A DNA stretch of 61,976 nt, counting the filler, from Choristocarpus tenellus KU-1152 (taxonomy: Eukaryota > Protista > Phaeophyceae), in NCBI GenBank assembly GCA_964200185.2. It is 11 parts of 11 records of this genome, joined end to end, with 100 filler letters (N's around TTAATTAATTAA, not from the genome) between each part and the next. Parts side by side here need not be neighbours in the genome. Positions count along the whole stretch, not along the records: positions 5,582 to 19,634 come from CAXNAD020001291.1; positions 19,735 to 28,464 come from CAXNAD020004395.1; 9 more parts are not named here. One strand, given 5' to 3'. The translations under genes and the position numbers were made by a program. Positions 11,312 through 24,420 of this stretch are shown here, piece by piece. A model generated the notes under the pieces. That model saw only the letters and a program-made list of their open reading frames with translations. It was not told where the DNA came from and did not search any database. Numbering within the stretch: position 1 is the first letter of the stretch; each line of letters begins with the position of its first letter.

Positions 11312-14300
11312 ATGGCGCCATTGCCTGGCCCGCTCAATTCTTACGAAAATTCTAGCAATGATACCTTGGTGCGCAGAGAGGGCGAGTCCCTAACAGAGGG
11401 GCCGTCAAGATTCTTATCGAAGGAGACTGCAAAAAAAAATCTACGCCGTGGGATCTTGTTTCAGGATGCTATTGCTAGTGGGATCACTGTTACTCCAACA
11501 GAGGTAGACCAATTTAGAATCCATAATGCTCAAGTGTTAGAATAAAGGATAATAGATTGCCACCATTGCCACAAATGATACTGGCTGACTCCGAAAACGT
11601 TATTACCTTGCCACCATTCCACAATATTCTAGGTGGAATTCGAGGACGTGAGAGAGGGATTACTTTTTGTTCTGACTTTTTCTGTGCAGAACATATGCTC
11701 GGAAACTCGCCGAATACGTGTTGTACCACCCTCCACCCCCTGGTTTGGCCTGAACTACGAGCCTGCCAGTGGCATTGCTCCTGGTCTCGATGTGAGGGCC
11801 GAGGTGGAATTTCAGCTTCCAGAGTCAGATTACACTGAAGGTCTTGACCTACCCTTCGCTGAGGGGGAAATACGGGAATATCGGGACAAGTTCCTGATCA
11901 TCTCCGGCAAGGACAAGGTGAAAGATGGGTTGCAGTGGGATTGGTCTGGTGTCAGTTGCAGCCTACATTGAAGAAAGTAGCTTGCTCATGTGCAGTGAAT
12001 AGCTTATGGACTTCTGCATTCCGGCGTCAAACAGGTGGAGGTGCCATTAGTGGCACGCCGGCCTGTACCACTTGTGGTCCACGAACCTGTGCTCAGTTTT
12101 GGGCAGGTACCCGTTGACAAGAAGGTTTCCGCGATGGTCACTCTCTCAAACGAGGGCAGTCGCAAGGGAGAGTTCCATATCTTCTGGGACAGAACTCTCC
12201 CACTCACAATTTCACCAGCAGAAGTGAGAGGCAAATGAAAGCTTTCACAGGCAACCTTGGGCACATTGGTTGGCAGTATTTCTCTTCTTTCGAAATGTAA
12301 TAGCAAACGAATTTGAGTGTCCTAGATCCACCCTTGAGTGCTTGAAGTCCACTGTGTAATTCAGCGCCTTAGTCCACTTCATCCTTGGTATCCTCCCTCC
12401 CGAAAAGGGTATTCTGAACGAAGGGAGGGGATACCTCGATCTAGAAGAGAAGGGCAGCACTGGGAGACAATGCTGGGCTGGAAGAGTGATACAGCTTCAG
12501 GCAAGAAGACTGTCCGATGGAGAATGAATTGCTTAGCAGTGATGAGGAAATCAATCTACTCCTTTGCCTTTCCCATTCATTGTGTGACACTCTTACCCTC
12601 TACTCTACTGTATTTTCAGCTATGCCCAGAAAATACTATCATCCATCGCTGCTTACATCCATTGTCTTTATGTGTCCTTCCTAATGAGTGAAAGTATCTT
12701 AGAGGGTATGAGTTTTGCCCTTTTTGTCCATTTGTGGCTTTGCTTCCCATGGGATCTTTTATGACATTTTCCCACTCCAAAATGTTTAGGAGTCAGTAAA
12801 ATGTGTATGTTGCTAAGAGGTGTGCCTGAAACATGGATATTGACACTTCCTAATAAAATAACAAGCACGATAGACAAAATTACATCGAAATCACAACATT
12901 GGATTTTGGTCTCTTAATGGACGCGGCTCTACCCTCTAAGATACTTTGGCTCTAATGCGAATCTGACAACTGTGCCCACCAGCGCCAATGCAGTACATAT
13001 TCTCGACCATAAAGGTACCTCAGACTTTTCACACGTTCAGAATAGAACTTGTAGATGTGAAGGTAGAGCTGGGACCCTATGATTGAGTACACATCCTGAT
13101 TTTGACCCTAACCCTTTAGGGTTCCTCATTCATATGTCCTCCACCGAGACAGGGCTAGGTTTGGAATGGACAGGTGGAGTCAAGGTGGTATGCAGTACCT
13201 CCTAGGATTGTGAAGAAGTATATGATTGAGATATCATTTGGGTTTGATGCAACGTATATGACAGGGCTTGAGCAACGGGCTGCGGGTACAGATACCTTGA
13301 TCCAATGGTATTTTACACATATAATTTTTGTCAACACTCGATTTCTTGCTTACTGAAGCATTCACATTATTATTGTAAGGTTGTCTCCGCGGATATGAGA
13401 AGCACTGCTTCTGAGCTTCAGGTGAACCTATGCATTTCTTGATATTTCAGGTTGAATTCGATGCCACTAAGTGGAGTACAGATGAGCCATTCCGCACATT
13501 GGCCACTGTCAAGGTCAATGGGCAGGCAGATGGGGTTATTGACATCAGCGCCACAGTATGTGGACAGAAGCTTCGCCTCATTGATTGTGGTGAGCTTTCA
13601 AAAACCACGCAGAAGGAATCAGTGCTCACGTTGAAAATTAGTAACTCTTTTCCCCACAACCATTGCTGCCACCCCTTTCCTCCTTAGGCCCATTCCTCGA
13701 CTTAGTAAATGTGCTCTAATTGTGAATTAATATTTTCATACCCATATAGAAAGGTATTTTTTTCACCATCTCCTCTAATCTTATGCTGGGATCAATGGTC
13801 AGGTGCGGCAGCAGAGGTGCAGGAGATTGCATTTGGAACCCAACATTTTGGATGTCAAGGTGAGCGGAGTGTGGTGCTGTTCAACGATGGACCTGAGGCT
13901 ACTCCATTCATGGCTTCTGTTGAAGTGGATGGTAGGGGTGCACGAGGACGGCGTGGGTCTAGTGCCTCATTTGACGGACAAGGAGCCAACAGCAGCAAGG
14001 GTGATAAAGGGCCTCTTCCATTTGAGGTATACATTAGACCGCAATTGGAACAAATTAACTCTCTCTTCTCTTACTTCAAGATTTAGAGGTCTACTGGTAT
14101 TGTCTTCAAGTGAAATAAGGTTCATGATGCAGCATAGTCACAGTGTTGATCTTAAGTCAGTTTAATGCAAGATATGGACAGAAGGTATCAATTCTTTTAT
14201 TCGAATTTCCTTCGATGTACAAACAATTACCCCATGGTATCAATGTTATTGCCATCATCTTCCTCAATGCAGATTTACGCTCAATTTCTGTGATGATGAT

Positions 14301-17300
14301 GTAATTCTTAGCAGTTTCTTGGGTCATTCAATGCTATTAGAGAAGAGCCTAGCATGTAGGACAAATATCTTGCTTTCTAGGCACTTCTTGGAATTTTTTT
14401 TATTTTTTATTTATTTTTATTTTATTTTGTTTTATTTTATTTTGTTTTATTTTATTTTGTTTTATTTTGTTTTATTTTATTTTGTTTTATTTTATTTATT
14501 TTTATTTTGTCGATCAGCTGAAATTGAAATCATCATATTCATAAATGGTGTTCACTTCTAATGATGTAATCCGGCCAAGCTTGTGACTTTACATTTCAGT
14601 TGATGTAATACTTGACATCTATACCCCAAAATTCGGCTACGGGCTTCCGCATGAAAATCAGTGGCCCTATAGCAAGCCCAATAGGAAAGAGTGATATCGT
14701 ACTTTTGGACATTGTGCAAGTGCAATAGGAAAGACCATGCTTGGTTTTTGGTGAGAACGGTAGTGGATGACCAAATCTTACCGCTTGTGTTTCTCGACTC
14801 AAATCCAATTTCGAGCTTTAACATCCCAAGCAAGGAGTCCTCTGGGATGTTGAAAAAAAAAGCAAGAGATTGAAAGGGTTGGCCTCAGAGGTCCCTGCAG
14901 ACAATGGATGCTGCAAGACAAGAGAAGGAGGCATACCAAATATTAGGCCAGGGTCCACACTGATGCAATGACAAAGAGACGGCTGATGCAACCAAAGCAA
15001 TGCTTGTAGGGCTAGTAAAGCTCCTGCCAAAAAAAGTAGTAGAGAAAGTCAGGTTGTCGAGGGGAGAAGGTTCATTTGAGGGTCAGTTGTGTGTACTGCT
15101 GATCCTGGACTACAGATTCATCATCAACCAACCAAATAGGCTAAACGGAAGCAATGAAGACTGTCTGCCAAGCAGTTGGAGTTGGAGAAGACAAAGTTTT
15201 TTACATGAAAACTTGGGAGGAGGATGGGGAGATCCTGAGCACCTCATTGTTTTGAAGTGGGATTGTTTAAGTGTATTCTGATAGGAGGTGCAAGCTTGTT
15301 CAACCAAAGCCTGACTGCACTACATGGAGTTCTACATCCATACAGAGCACAAGTAGGGAAATGTGGTCTTCCACACTGGGATTTGTTGGCTTCGGTAAGT
15401 AAAACATTTGGAGTGAAACTCGAACTGAAGGGTCTGGATGGTGCATGCAAGAAAGCATATGCTATGTGTGGAGAAGGGACCGAATTGAGACCCCAGCTCT
15501 GACAGAGGAGAGGAAAATCTATTTTTCCAGGTTCCTGGAAAAAGGCTGGGGAACTTTGAGGAGAGAGTTGAAGCGAATGCTAAGACAAAAATTCTCCCCT
15601 TACTCAGATTGAGCACTCTTTGGAACTCTGTATTGTGAGTTGAAGATGTTGCAATAGCTTGATTGACGGGTTAGGACGTCAACTTTCACCACACATACAT
15701 ATTTACTTCACAACATGAATCGACCTATAGCAGATTTCATTTTCTTAATACCTCTGCTGAAGTATATGCTACAAACTAGGGCTAAAGTGGCCCGTATCTT
15801 AGATTTAGGGTTAGGGTTTGGATACTCCCTTCGTGCCCTCTGTCTTGCCACCGTGTTGCCAGGATTATATATATATATTTGTCCAATGTTAAAATTGCAA
15901 GAGATAATCGATTTGCCCTATACATGCTAGGGGTATCTGTAATGATGGCAGGGTAAATTGCACACAGTAGTAGTATTTTATTGGGATGACTTCAAAGATA
16001 AGCTACATTAACAGAGGTGTGCCGTTCTCACATGATGTACGAATTTTGGCACATCTTATATCAAAGAGAGGGGGAGGGCAGGCGGGGTCATTTTTTCCGT
16101 GTTGTGACTTTCAGGTTATTTTAGTAAGCACATCAGATATATGGGCAAGTTTCTTCACCTGGAGGTACCTTCGTTCTCATCCTTCTTCCCAGACGATCAC
16201 CCTGCGTTTTTTTGTTTTTGCATATTCTTGGTTTCTAAGTAATATCATGTAGAGTGCACTAGTACAACATGCCTTTTGATCACACTATGTTGTAGAGCAC
16301 ACTTGCACATCATGCTTTTTGCACTGTCTGCTAGAGATCACCGACACGATATGCCTTTTGATTGCAACGTGTGAAGGTTGTGGAAATGATGTTAAGAGCA
16401 TGAGACAAATGGACATGAGGCATGAGACGAGTGGATACAGAAAAGGAGAAAAACGAATTGAAGGGAGTAGGGGAAGGTGCATGCAGTACGAATCAATTTC
16501 TCTTTGTGTACGAATTTTTTGGAGGTATTGCGATATGAATGAATGAGTTGAATGCTCATAGAGGCAGGGGAACCGTGTATATTATATCAATATATATATA
16601 CAAAAATAAATATATACAAAAATGCAGTGCCCTTTCTCTTTGTCTAAGTCCAAATGTGAGTGGAAGTATCTTGGAGGGTACGAGTTTTGCCCTATTTGTC
16701 CATTTGGGGCTTGGCTTCCTAGGGGTTTTTTTATTACATTTTCCTACTTCGAAATATTTAAGAGTTGGAAAAAAGTGTATGTTGTGAAAAGATGTGTTCG
16801 GAACAAGGATATTGACACTTCCTAACAAACAGTACGACCAAAACTACATCGAAATCGAAACTTTAGATTTTGACCCCCAAACGGACGCGACTATACCCCT
16901 CTAAAATACTTTGACTCATGCCCCAGGTGGTGAAGTTCATGTCGACCGACAGGTTCAGGAAAAAGTTAATAAATAGGTATTCACGATGTACTCCAAGGTT
17001 GACGCTGATGAGGTCAATAACAACAATTTGGACACAGGGAAATGCCCAAACCCAGTACACTCAGTACACCCACTACGCTCCACAAACACAAAACAATACC
17101 GGCTAGATATACTTCTGAGTCTTTGATGACATGAAGATTCTCAATGTAGTGTATTTCAGTTTGTAGGCAATGCTAAAGCCAACTGATTTGCTACATTTGT
17201 GCAAGATTGTCAACTTCTGTTGTGAGCTTCCCTCCACATGCTGAGGTTCAGGAAGGTCTGAGAAACATGTGAATCGGCCATCTATATCAACACCACCACC

Positions 17301-18102
17301 ACAACCAACACCAGCACAAGTCCAGACAAACAATTACCATCTATGCTACACTATCACACAACTGCCGCAGCAACATTTCTTCTAAGAACGATACCGTTAC
17401 TCTTATGTGATGCTAGTTCATCTATAGCACTTCCACATATCACACCAAAGACAGCCGACTCTCTCCACACATGAATCACTGTGCACCTGTTCACTAAACG
17501 TTTTCAGGTGTTCCCCCGGGATGGCACAATACCTCCCTTCCAACGACAATCCCTCACAATTTTCTTCAAGCCTGTTCTCCCTCCTCGTCTTAATGGATTT
17601 AAGTGCATTACTGGAGGAGAAGAAGAGGCCTTCCCTACCCCATTTCAAGGTACCTTTGCTATTTAATTGCCCAGGCATTCATGGAAAAACACAAAATTCT
17701 TTGGGGTTTGAGTTGATTGGAGATGGAAGAACATGTCAAACACCATGTCTAGGTTTGTATTCAGCACATGACATCGATTGTGATGCATGTGCCAATATTG
17801 GTGAGCTGGAGAGGAAATCATAAAAAAATAATGACTATTAAGAAAATATGACATCCCCTAAGCTTCCTGATCCATCTCAGTCTTGTTTAACTACAGCACT
17901 CCAAATTTCTCGTATGGTCAGGCTTGTTTCTCTTCGAAAATGCGGAGAGGAAAGGCGATGTTGTCACACTCAAGGCCAATGGAAAGGGTGTTCGCCCCAC
18001 CATTCAAATTTCTCGAAAGGTGGTGAGGTTTGGTCAATGTCCTTGCTTCGAAAGGAGAGATGTCCTTGTGACAATTAAGAACACAGGAGAGCTACCTATC
18101 AG
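11312..18102 (+). CDS. CFAP47: Cilia- and flagella-associated protein 47 (ASH/MSP-like Ig repeats), 5' part. Exons 11312-11503, 11633-11917, 12035-12223, 12408-12500, 13451-13589, 13803-14026, 17508-17649, 17922-18102; 3' part not found in this contig
   Basis: Exons join in phase at GT/GC-AG sites. The product ITVTPTE|VEFEDV..FSVQNIC..GIAPGLDVRAEVEF..VEVPLVAR..LSFGQV..NEGSRKGEF..IAFGTQHFG..FNDGPE..VFPRDGTIPPFQ..GKGVRPTIQ..FGQCPCFERRD is colinear with the CFAP47 N-terminus as I recall it. Confidence 0.85.
12686..12952 (+). mobile_element. MITE family A, complete copy with TAAT target-site duplication, in CFAP47 intron 4
   Basis: taat|GAGTGAAAGTATCTTAGAGGGTA ... TACCCTCTAAGATACTTTGGCTC|taat. 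Confidence 0.92.
14395..14510. repeat. (TTTTA/TTTTG)n simple repeat
   Basis: Directly visible pentamer run. Confidence 0.9.
14570..15620 (-). mobile_element. Decayed CRE-like non-LTR retrotransposon 3' part (RT thumb, zinc finger, restriction-like endonuclease), in CFAP47 intron 6
   Basis: Minus strand reads PLSELG..STHSICFLACT, GWLMM, CHCISVDP..HPLS, EDSLLGML and WGIDV, which follows the CRE/RLE motif order LPxxxGGLG, GWL, CxC..D..H.LSC, RHD, PD..IDV. Confidence 0.45.
16658..16917 (+). mobile_element. MITE family A, complete copy in CFAP47 intron 6
   Basis: GAGTGGAAGTATCTTGGAGGGTA ... CTCTAAAATACTTTGACTC; flanks atgt/atgc. Confidence 0.88.
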
Positions 18103-19085
18103 GTGACAGACATGCTACTGCTGGGCACTTTTGTGTACACTTGACTCTTACAATATTTGCTCTAACCCTAACCCTTACATCTACAGTTTCTTCTTTCGTA
18201 CCAAAGCAATAAAGATAAAATTATATTAAAGAAACATCACATGGGTTTCATACTTGCGAAGGGGTTCCCTTCATCTAGAGGAGGTCACGTTTTCGTTTCT
18301 GGTGACTGCAATCGCTCCCTTGACATGAAGGCGTGTAAGTATTGAAACCTGCACATCTGTTGGGAGGTTGTACTTCTATTGTCATTTGATTCCTGTAACT
18401 TCGAGAGTCATATGCTGAAATTGAGAATGGATACTTATTTCTCATACACATTGGCTTCATTTTCTTGTATTAATAGTACTACTAGTATTGAACTGCCCAA
18501 ATGGCCTTGTGTTTCAAAGGTGTGGTGAGAAGATATATTGTACTTACGTCAATTGAGTTTCCTGTAACAGCGGTTCAAAGGCTGTAACTAGATAACCCTA
18601 ACCCTAGATATTGCATAGACCTAAAATTTGGGGTGATTCGCATGCTATAGAGTGAAGGCCTGATTGATATAGTTTCTACAATGCAACAGGAGCCTGTAAG
18701 GGTGTTTATTTTAGATTGGTCTCAGGTTATGTGTGGTTGTGGTGTCCACCTACTGTAATGCAGTATTTGGGCACTAGCGTGGGTCACTTTTCCTGATAAT
18801 TTGACAATTATCTTTTGTAATGCCGGATGGCAGTGCCCCATCCAGGGGTCCAATTCTCCACCATGTGTTACAAAGTTCATCCTTACTTGGTTCATGATCA
18901 CAGTTTGAATAGATTTACTGGACATTAGTTCACATTTTTCAAGATATTTTACTAAGACAAACTTGGTAGAATACACTAGTCTAAAAACCTTTTCTTGCAA
19001 GGTGCAAACAACAGGTAGACTATCGTTTCAGGATCAGAACTCTCGAATTTATCGTTCGGTTGTACAGTGGTTTGAGTTTGAAAGG

Positions 19086-19465
19086 CTAATTCAGTAGCAT
19101 TAATTCAGTAGCATTAATTAGTAACATTAATTAGTAACATTCGTCAGTAACATTAATTAGTAACATTCATCAGTAGCATTAATTAGTAACACTAATTAGT
19201 AACATTCATCGGTAGCATTAATTAGCAACATTAATTAGTAACATTAATTAGTAACATTAATTAGTAACATTAATTGGTATCATTAATTAGTATCATTAAT
19301 TAGTAACATTAATCAGTAACATTAATTAGTAACATTAATCAGTAACATTAATTAGTAATATTAATTAGTAACATTAATCAGTAACACTAATCAGTAACAT
19401 TAATTAGTAACACTAATCAGTAACACTAATCAGTAACATTAATTAGTAACATTAATTAGTAACAC
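19086..19465. repeat. 13-bp minisatellite (CATTAATTAGTAA)n, about 29 copies
   Basis: Directly visible tandem array. Confidence 0.95.
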
Positions 19466-19734
19466 TGTGACCACTGCGAAAAAAAAAGTTGAACATATCT
19501 TTATGTCATAATTTCGTGCACTGGGGAGCCATCACCTGAGGAAACACCACTGAACTAATTTTCAACTTTTTGATCAGCAATTTCGAACACCTGTGCCTAA
19601 ATCTAACCCTATCCCTAGCCTGTGTAAAAAATACNNNNNNNNNNNNNNNNNNNNNNNNNNNNNNNNNNNNNNNNNNNNTTAATTAATTAANNNNNNNNNN
19701 NNNNNNNNNNNNNNNNNNNNNNNNNNNNNNNNNN

Positions 19735-19890
19735 TGCCTCCGAGCTGGAGAGGGTGACAGCACCTTGAAGCTTAGAGCGCCAGGCGATCGGTGATCCATT
19801 GAGCAGGATTATGAACCCTGTAACACTCCTGCGCGTTTGTTGGTCTGTGCCCCAGTCAGAATCTCCATACCCAACCAGGAGTTCTTCTCT
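19735..19890 (-). mobile_element. Ty1/copia RNase H fragment (truncated by contig end)
   Basis: LVGYGDSDWGTDQQTRRSVTGFIILLNGSPIAWRSKLQGAVTLSSSEA is the canonical copia RNase HI N-terminal motif. Confidence 0.92.
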
Positions 19891-20099
19891 CTCGTTCTTC
19901 CATGTGTGACATTCGGACAGAAAGTCTGTCCGTGGAATCATGGATTCTTGACTGGGAACCTTAATCGGTACCACGGTATATGGCATACAGCAATAACGGT
20001 AAAATAACATACAAACATGCTTTCCACATACATGTAGAATAATATATACCCCTAATAATATAATGACTCTTTGAAGTATTTCAAAGTAGTTACCTTGTG

Positions 20100-21775
20100 G
20101 CATATTCCATTCGACAACAAGACATTGTCACTCCCATGTGATTCGCTCAGATTGTGCAGAAAGTTTCTTCTTGATGATCCAAACCAGTTGAATGAGAAGT
20201 TGACAGGTTTGGACCCTTTTGCATTCTAACCCATATTTCTTACTCTGTGCAATACGATCTATTTCGTTGCTTTACGAGGCGCCTCCTTAGCTTCTTTACT
20301 ATCTGCGTCTATCTGCAACAATCCAGCTTTCATGTGCTGCTCCTGCTCTGCCACAAACTTGGTCCAGTCCTTACACATCTCATCCCAGTTGATTATATGG
20401 GCACTGAAATTATTTACACACTCCTGTGGTTGTATGATGTAATTCAAGGCCCTCCCTATCAAACCTGCTTCTAGACTGTTGTCATCACAGGGGTAATCGG
20501 CCTGGGTGCTTACCTGTCCACCCTAACCTGAAGAAGCGAAAAGAGATCGAGAAGGTGCTCAGGATAACAAAAGAGGAAGTATGTATCATATATGATCGAT
20601 AAACAGAGAGGTTAGGTCATGTTGCATCATTCAAAAAGAAGAAAACACCTTTCCATTTGATAAACATATTACTCCCCGCACCTACCAGATGGTGCAATGC
20701 AAATAGTTTTTGCTCGCAGCTAACTTGAATATCTTCTCTGTCCTCATCATTGAAGTTGTTCTGATAATGTCCTCCCAACTCCAGGATGACTTGTTCAAGT
20801 CCTGCCTGACCATTGGTCTCGTTAACAAATGCAGTTACCAGGCCAGTACCCTTACCCCTGTCTTCATAATCCTTCATGAGATCTACCCTGAAGAAATGGG
20901 GCAACCGCAGAAATCATCGATCACCTCTTGGTCATCTTCCTCAAAGCTTTACATGCTGTACACTCCCTGGAATTTCCGCTGGTTCCCTGGTGCTTGGATG
21001 AAGGGGAGGGGGGGTACGTAAAGATCAAACCTAGAGTGGAGGAGATAGGATTAACGTTGAAGGATTAAGGAGTGAATAAAATGTGTTAACATCACCATAT
21101 ACTTTGTGGTAGTGATTATGTTGAAATGAAGTAGTAAAAGGCAACCATCAAAATAAAAGGTACCATGCAGTGCCAAGATAGGCATACAGTGCATTATTGA
21201 GCTAATCATACCTCCCACGTGGAGATTCCGTCTGCGTTTATGCCAGGATGATGTGTTGAGCATGCGAGGTGATTGCTCAAAGCCTGCCATGACACTCCCG
21301 ACGAACAAGCTATATATATCTCGACCCTGTTGTTACCGCAACAGGCTGTGAAGCATTCCAACCTTTCGTTTGTGTATCCATTGATCATGTAGATGGTTTC
21401 CATACTATCATCATGAACGGGCAGGTTATTCAAGAATACATTCACGTTCATTTTCCTTAGGTTCTTTGAAAGTTTACGCAACATGCGACCCAAGAAAAAT
21501 TCCACCTGCATCAGCCAACAGAATTTGTCAACAGAGCGTTTTTGATCATCTTTGTAATACGTATCTACACTGTCGCCGTTGCACCTGGAAGGCATCTATA
21601 CGAAGCACATTTTCCATTATTAGATTGAAATAAACAAGATTTTATTGATAGTACAGTAGTGTTGTCTTGGGCACCATCACTGTAGGAGAAAAGAGAGGGA
21701 CCTTACCGATCTCAGCATCCTCAGCATCCTTAGCATCCTCAACATCCTGGAATTTTTGTTTGACAGCTTCATTAT
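20100..21775 (-). pseudogene. Unidentified intron-containing, frameshifted gene with a Cys/His-rich segment
   Basis: Protein-like ORF pieces (21206-21595, 20617-20904, 20259-20462), with apparent AG/GT sites near some boundaries. Includes CFTACC...QALSNHLACSTH. Phases do not join cleanly. Confidence 0.35.
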
Positions 21776-22460
21776 CATTCCACAAGGAAATCAGGTGGTG
21801 GTACCAAGCGTGGGACATGTTGTAACACAGTATGGCAGTGGATCTTCCACATCTCTGCTGCCACTTGGGAGGGAGTTAAGATTGGAAGCAGGGCCTGCAG
21901 CATGTCCTTGACTGCATTCCACATGGCAGGATGGGGGGCGGATAGTGCATCTCTCATGTGATCGAGAAATGGTTGATATGCACCATGTGCACTTTGTGTA
22001 GGTGTAGCAAGGTGGTCCAAAGTGTGTCGAAAATTGAGAAGAAGCGAAAGTCCACATCTACAAGGACCCCTCACCTCACTTGATACGGTAGTGGTAACCA
22101 TTTGCTGAGTCAAGATTAATGCGTTACCTCCATCAGAAACCTTGGACACCGGCTGAGGTGGGGTGACTATGACGTTTCTATGACGAACCTTGGGGACTAA
22201 ATGAGCTTGGGTCGTCACATCATATTCATTAGCAACCCTTAGAACTGGTTGAACTCGGGTCACCACATCATATTAATCAGGAACTCTGCTAATCACAGGC
22301 AATACTGGGGGGTATTGGGATAGGAGAATGTTTACCTGTTAGAGAGAAAGGAGGCAATTGGGTATGGTATGTGTGAGCAATGAGCAAATACTTATTCAAA
22401 CAATTTAAGAACACTAAGACAATTTGTTCTTATCAAGTGCTCAAATAGCGTCAAGTGAGC
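21775..22460 (-). mobile_element. Possible Penelope-like retroelement RT remnant
   Basis: ALDKNK (~22430), then about 80 codons later AHLVPKVRHR..PPQPVS, then AVKDML and DVED. Order and spacing resemble PLE DKG/N, PKxHK..RPIVS and motif A. Confidence 0.35.
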
Positions 22461-22589
22461 TCAGTCACCAAGGACTCGCTACCTACCAGAGAACCTGAGT
22501 TCCCACATGCAGCTCCCCAAGTGTTTCCTTATCCCCAGCATTTTCATTCTGATGAAGGGCATACGCAGCGAGGATATGGACAGGGTTGA

Positions 22590-23230
22590 ACTGAACCACC
22601 ACACGCTCTAATCCACTTCTTGGAAAAACACACCAGTGCACTCATGCAAGGATGTATTCGCAGCTTATGCAGCCTACAAGATGCCCTGGCATACCCGTAC
22701 TTCGCCTTATACCTTACGGGTCATTCATTTATAAGGACAAAAGATTTTTCCAATATTTTTTGCATTGCAGTCAGCCGAAATTTATACAACAATTTTTTTT
22801 TTCATTCCAAACGACTTACGGTGGTCATCATGTATGTGGGCAAAGCAACATTTCGTTTTGGAAACAAGAGGGAGGAATTACGAAGCTCAAGAATTAAAAA
22901 GAGAAATGGACCATTAAATGAGAAGAACTTTCAATTGAAACGTCTGGTGAAGCACAGTCTGTGTTAAACAATGCAACACTGCAGAGCTTTACACCGAACA
23001 GGCAGCATGTGATGGGACCACAGGTTGGGGACAGTTCCTGGTGATATTTTTTTTAACGGGACCAGTCCAGGATCATCAGATAGTATATACCGAACCGGAC
23101 AACATATGGGTCCAAGCTAATTTTGAGTTAAGAAAACCGGATTGGAGTCTTGGAGAGTGCAAAACGGATCAGGCCATGGACTGCCCAGGATAACTTCACA
23201 GGGCCGGAGCTGAACGCCGAAGAGTATAGT
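22590..23230 (+). mobile_element. Possible hAT dimerisation-domain remnant plus subterminal repeat region
   Basis: SNPLLGKTHQ / SLQDALAYP resemble DPLxWWK and LARDVLAIP. Followed by GGACC/GTCC-rich sequence that resembles 651-960, 24421-24593 and 55140-55860. Confidence 0.3.
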
Positions 23231-24420
23231 CAGATTAGGCTCTAGCTTTGCTTTGTTTAGAACATATATTGTATCGGGGATGCTCTGTGAGTACGACATA
23301 GCTAGAATAAAATTGTGTCCTACGTTGTGTAAGTAGTGAAGAATATCAAAATGTGAATTTATTTTTCCAAAATACAACAGTTACAATACATTCAAATGTA
23401 CTGTGGCATGTAAGAATTACGCCATAATTGTACTATCTTCGACTGTGAAGGGGAAAGCAGTCTGATTTTCACCCAGCAAGCAGGAACATGGGAGTGAGCC
23501 ATAGCAGATCTGCACGGGCTCCTTATAACCTATTTGCCACATCTCCGATGCATGCGACAACCTTTGACAAGGTTCTTTATATGGAGGTGAAAGAGACCAA
23601 CGTAAAAAACGTTGAAGGATCAATTCAGCAAGTACTTGTAGGGGGGGTACTGAAGGTCATTTTGTGTCTTTCAAGTTGACCTCACAATCAGACTGTTGCC
23701 GTTGTTGAGTACTGTGCTGCCACTGTTACCCTGGTTGTCAGGGACTTCACGACAGTGAGCACCTTGCTTGGCCTCTCGCCACCATCTTTTCCTGGCAACA
23801 TGTTTCCCATTAGATTCGGATCGAGAAGGCCATCTCAAGATTATGCTCTCTCCTTTCTTTGTAGCCAAGATCTTGAAGTACTTCAAGAGAGGAGACATGT
23901 CGCTGTTAATCCACTTCTTCGACCCTACCACATCCAGCACCTTGTCTTCCTACTGGTTAATCACATATTGATTCCGTCGTGGGTCAGACTCCATACCAAC
24001 GTATTTGCAATATCCGCAGATTTGCCAAACTGACCCCTCTCCACAACTGAGTTGCTGACCAAGGTATGATCAGGAGGCTCTCAACCTGAGCAGGGGTGGA
24101 TGCGTGTTTGATGTGTCGCTAACAATGCTGTTGATGCCACTGCAGTTCCCACTATTTTCTGGACTCTGGATCTCTATCCTTGATCCCTTCATCCATATGA
24201 CTCGCAATAATTGATGTGTAGAAAGGGGTTACATGGTCAAGGACATGGGAGATACTCATCACTCATCTATTCTCATTGAATAAAACGCTGGTAGTACTCA
24301 GCAATTTTTTCTTATTTCAATCATGCTTCAACCAGACTCTGCATTATTCTTAGGGCTTTTCAATTTTCAATTTTTCTTTTCACAACAACATTTCAAAGAG
24401 CCAATAGAACAAAATAGCAT

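Noticed and set aside
22545-22590. CTGATGA hammerhead-like core near the Penelope-like remnant
   Set aside because: No stem II closed by GAAA and no convincing stems I or III.
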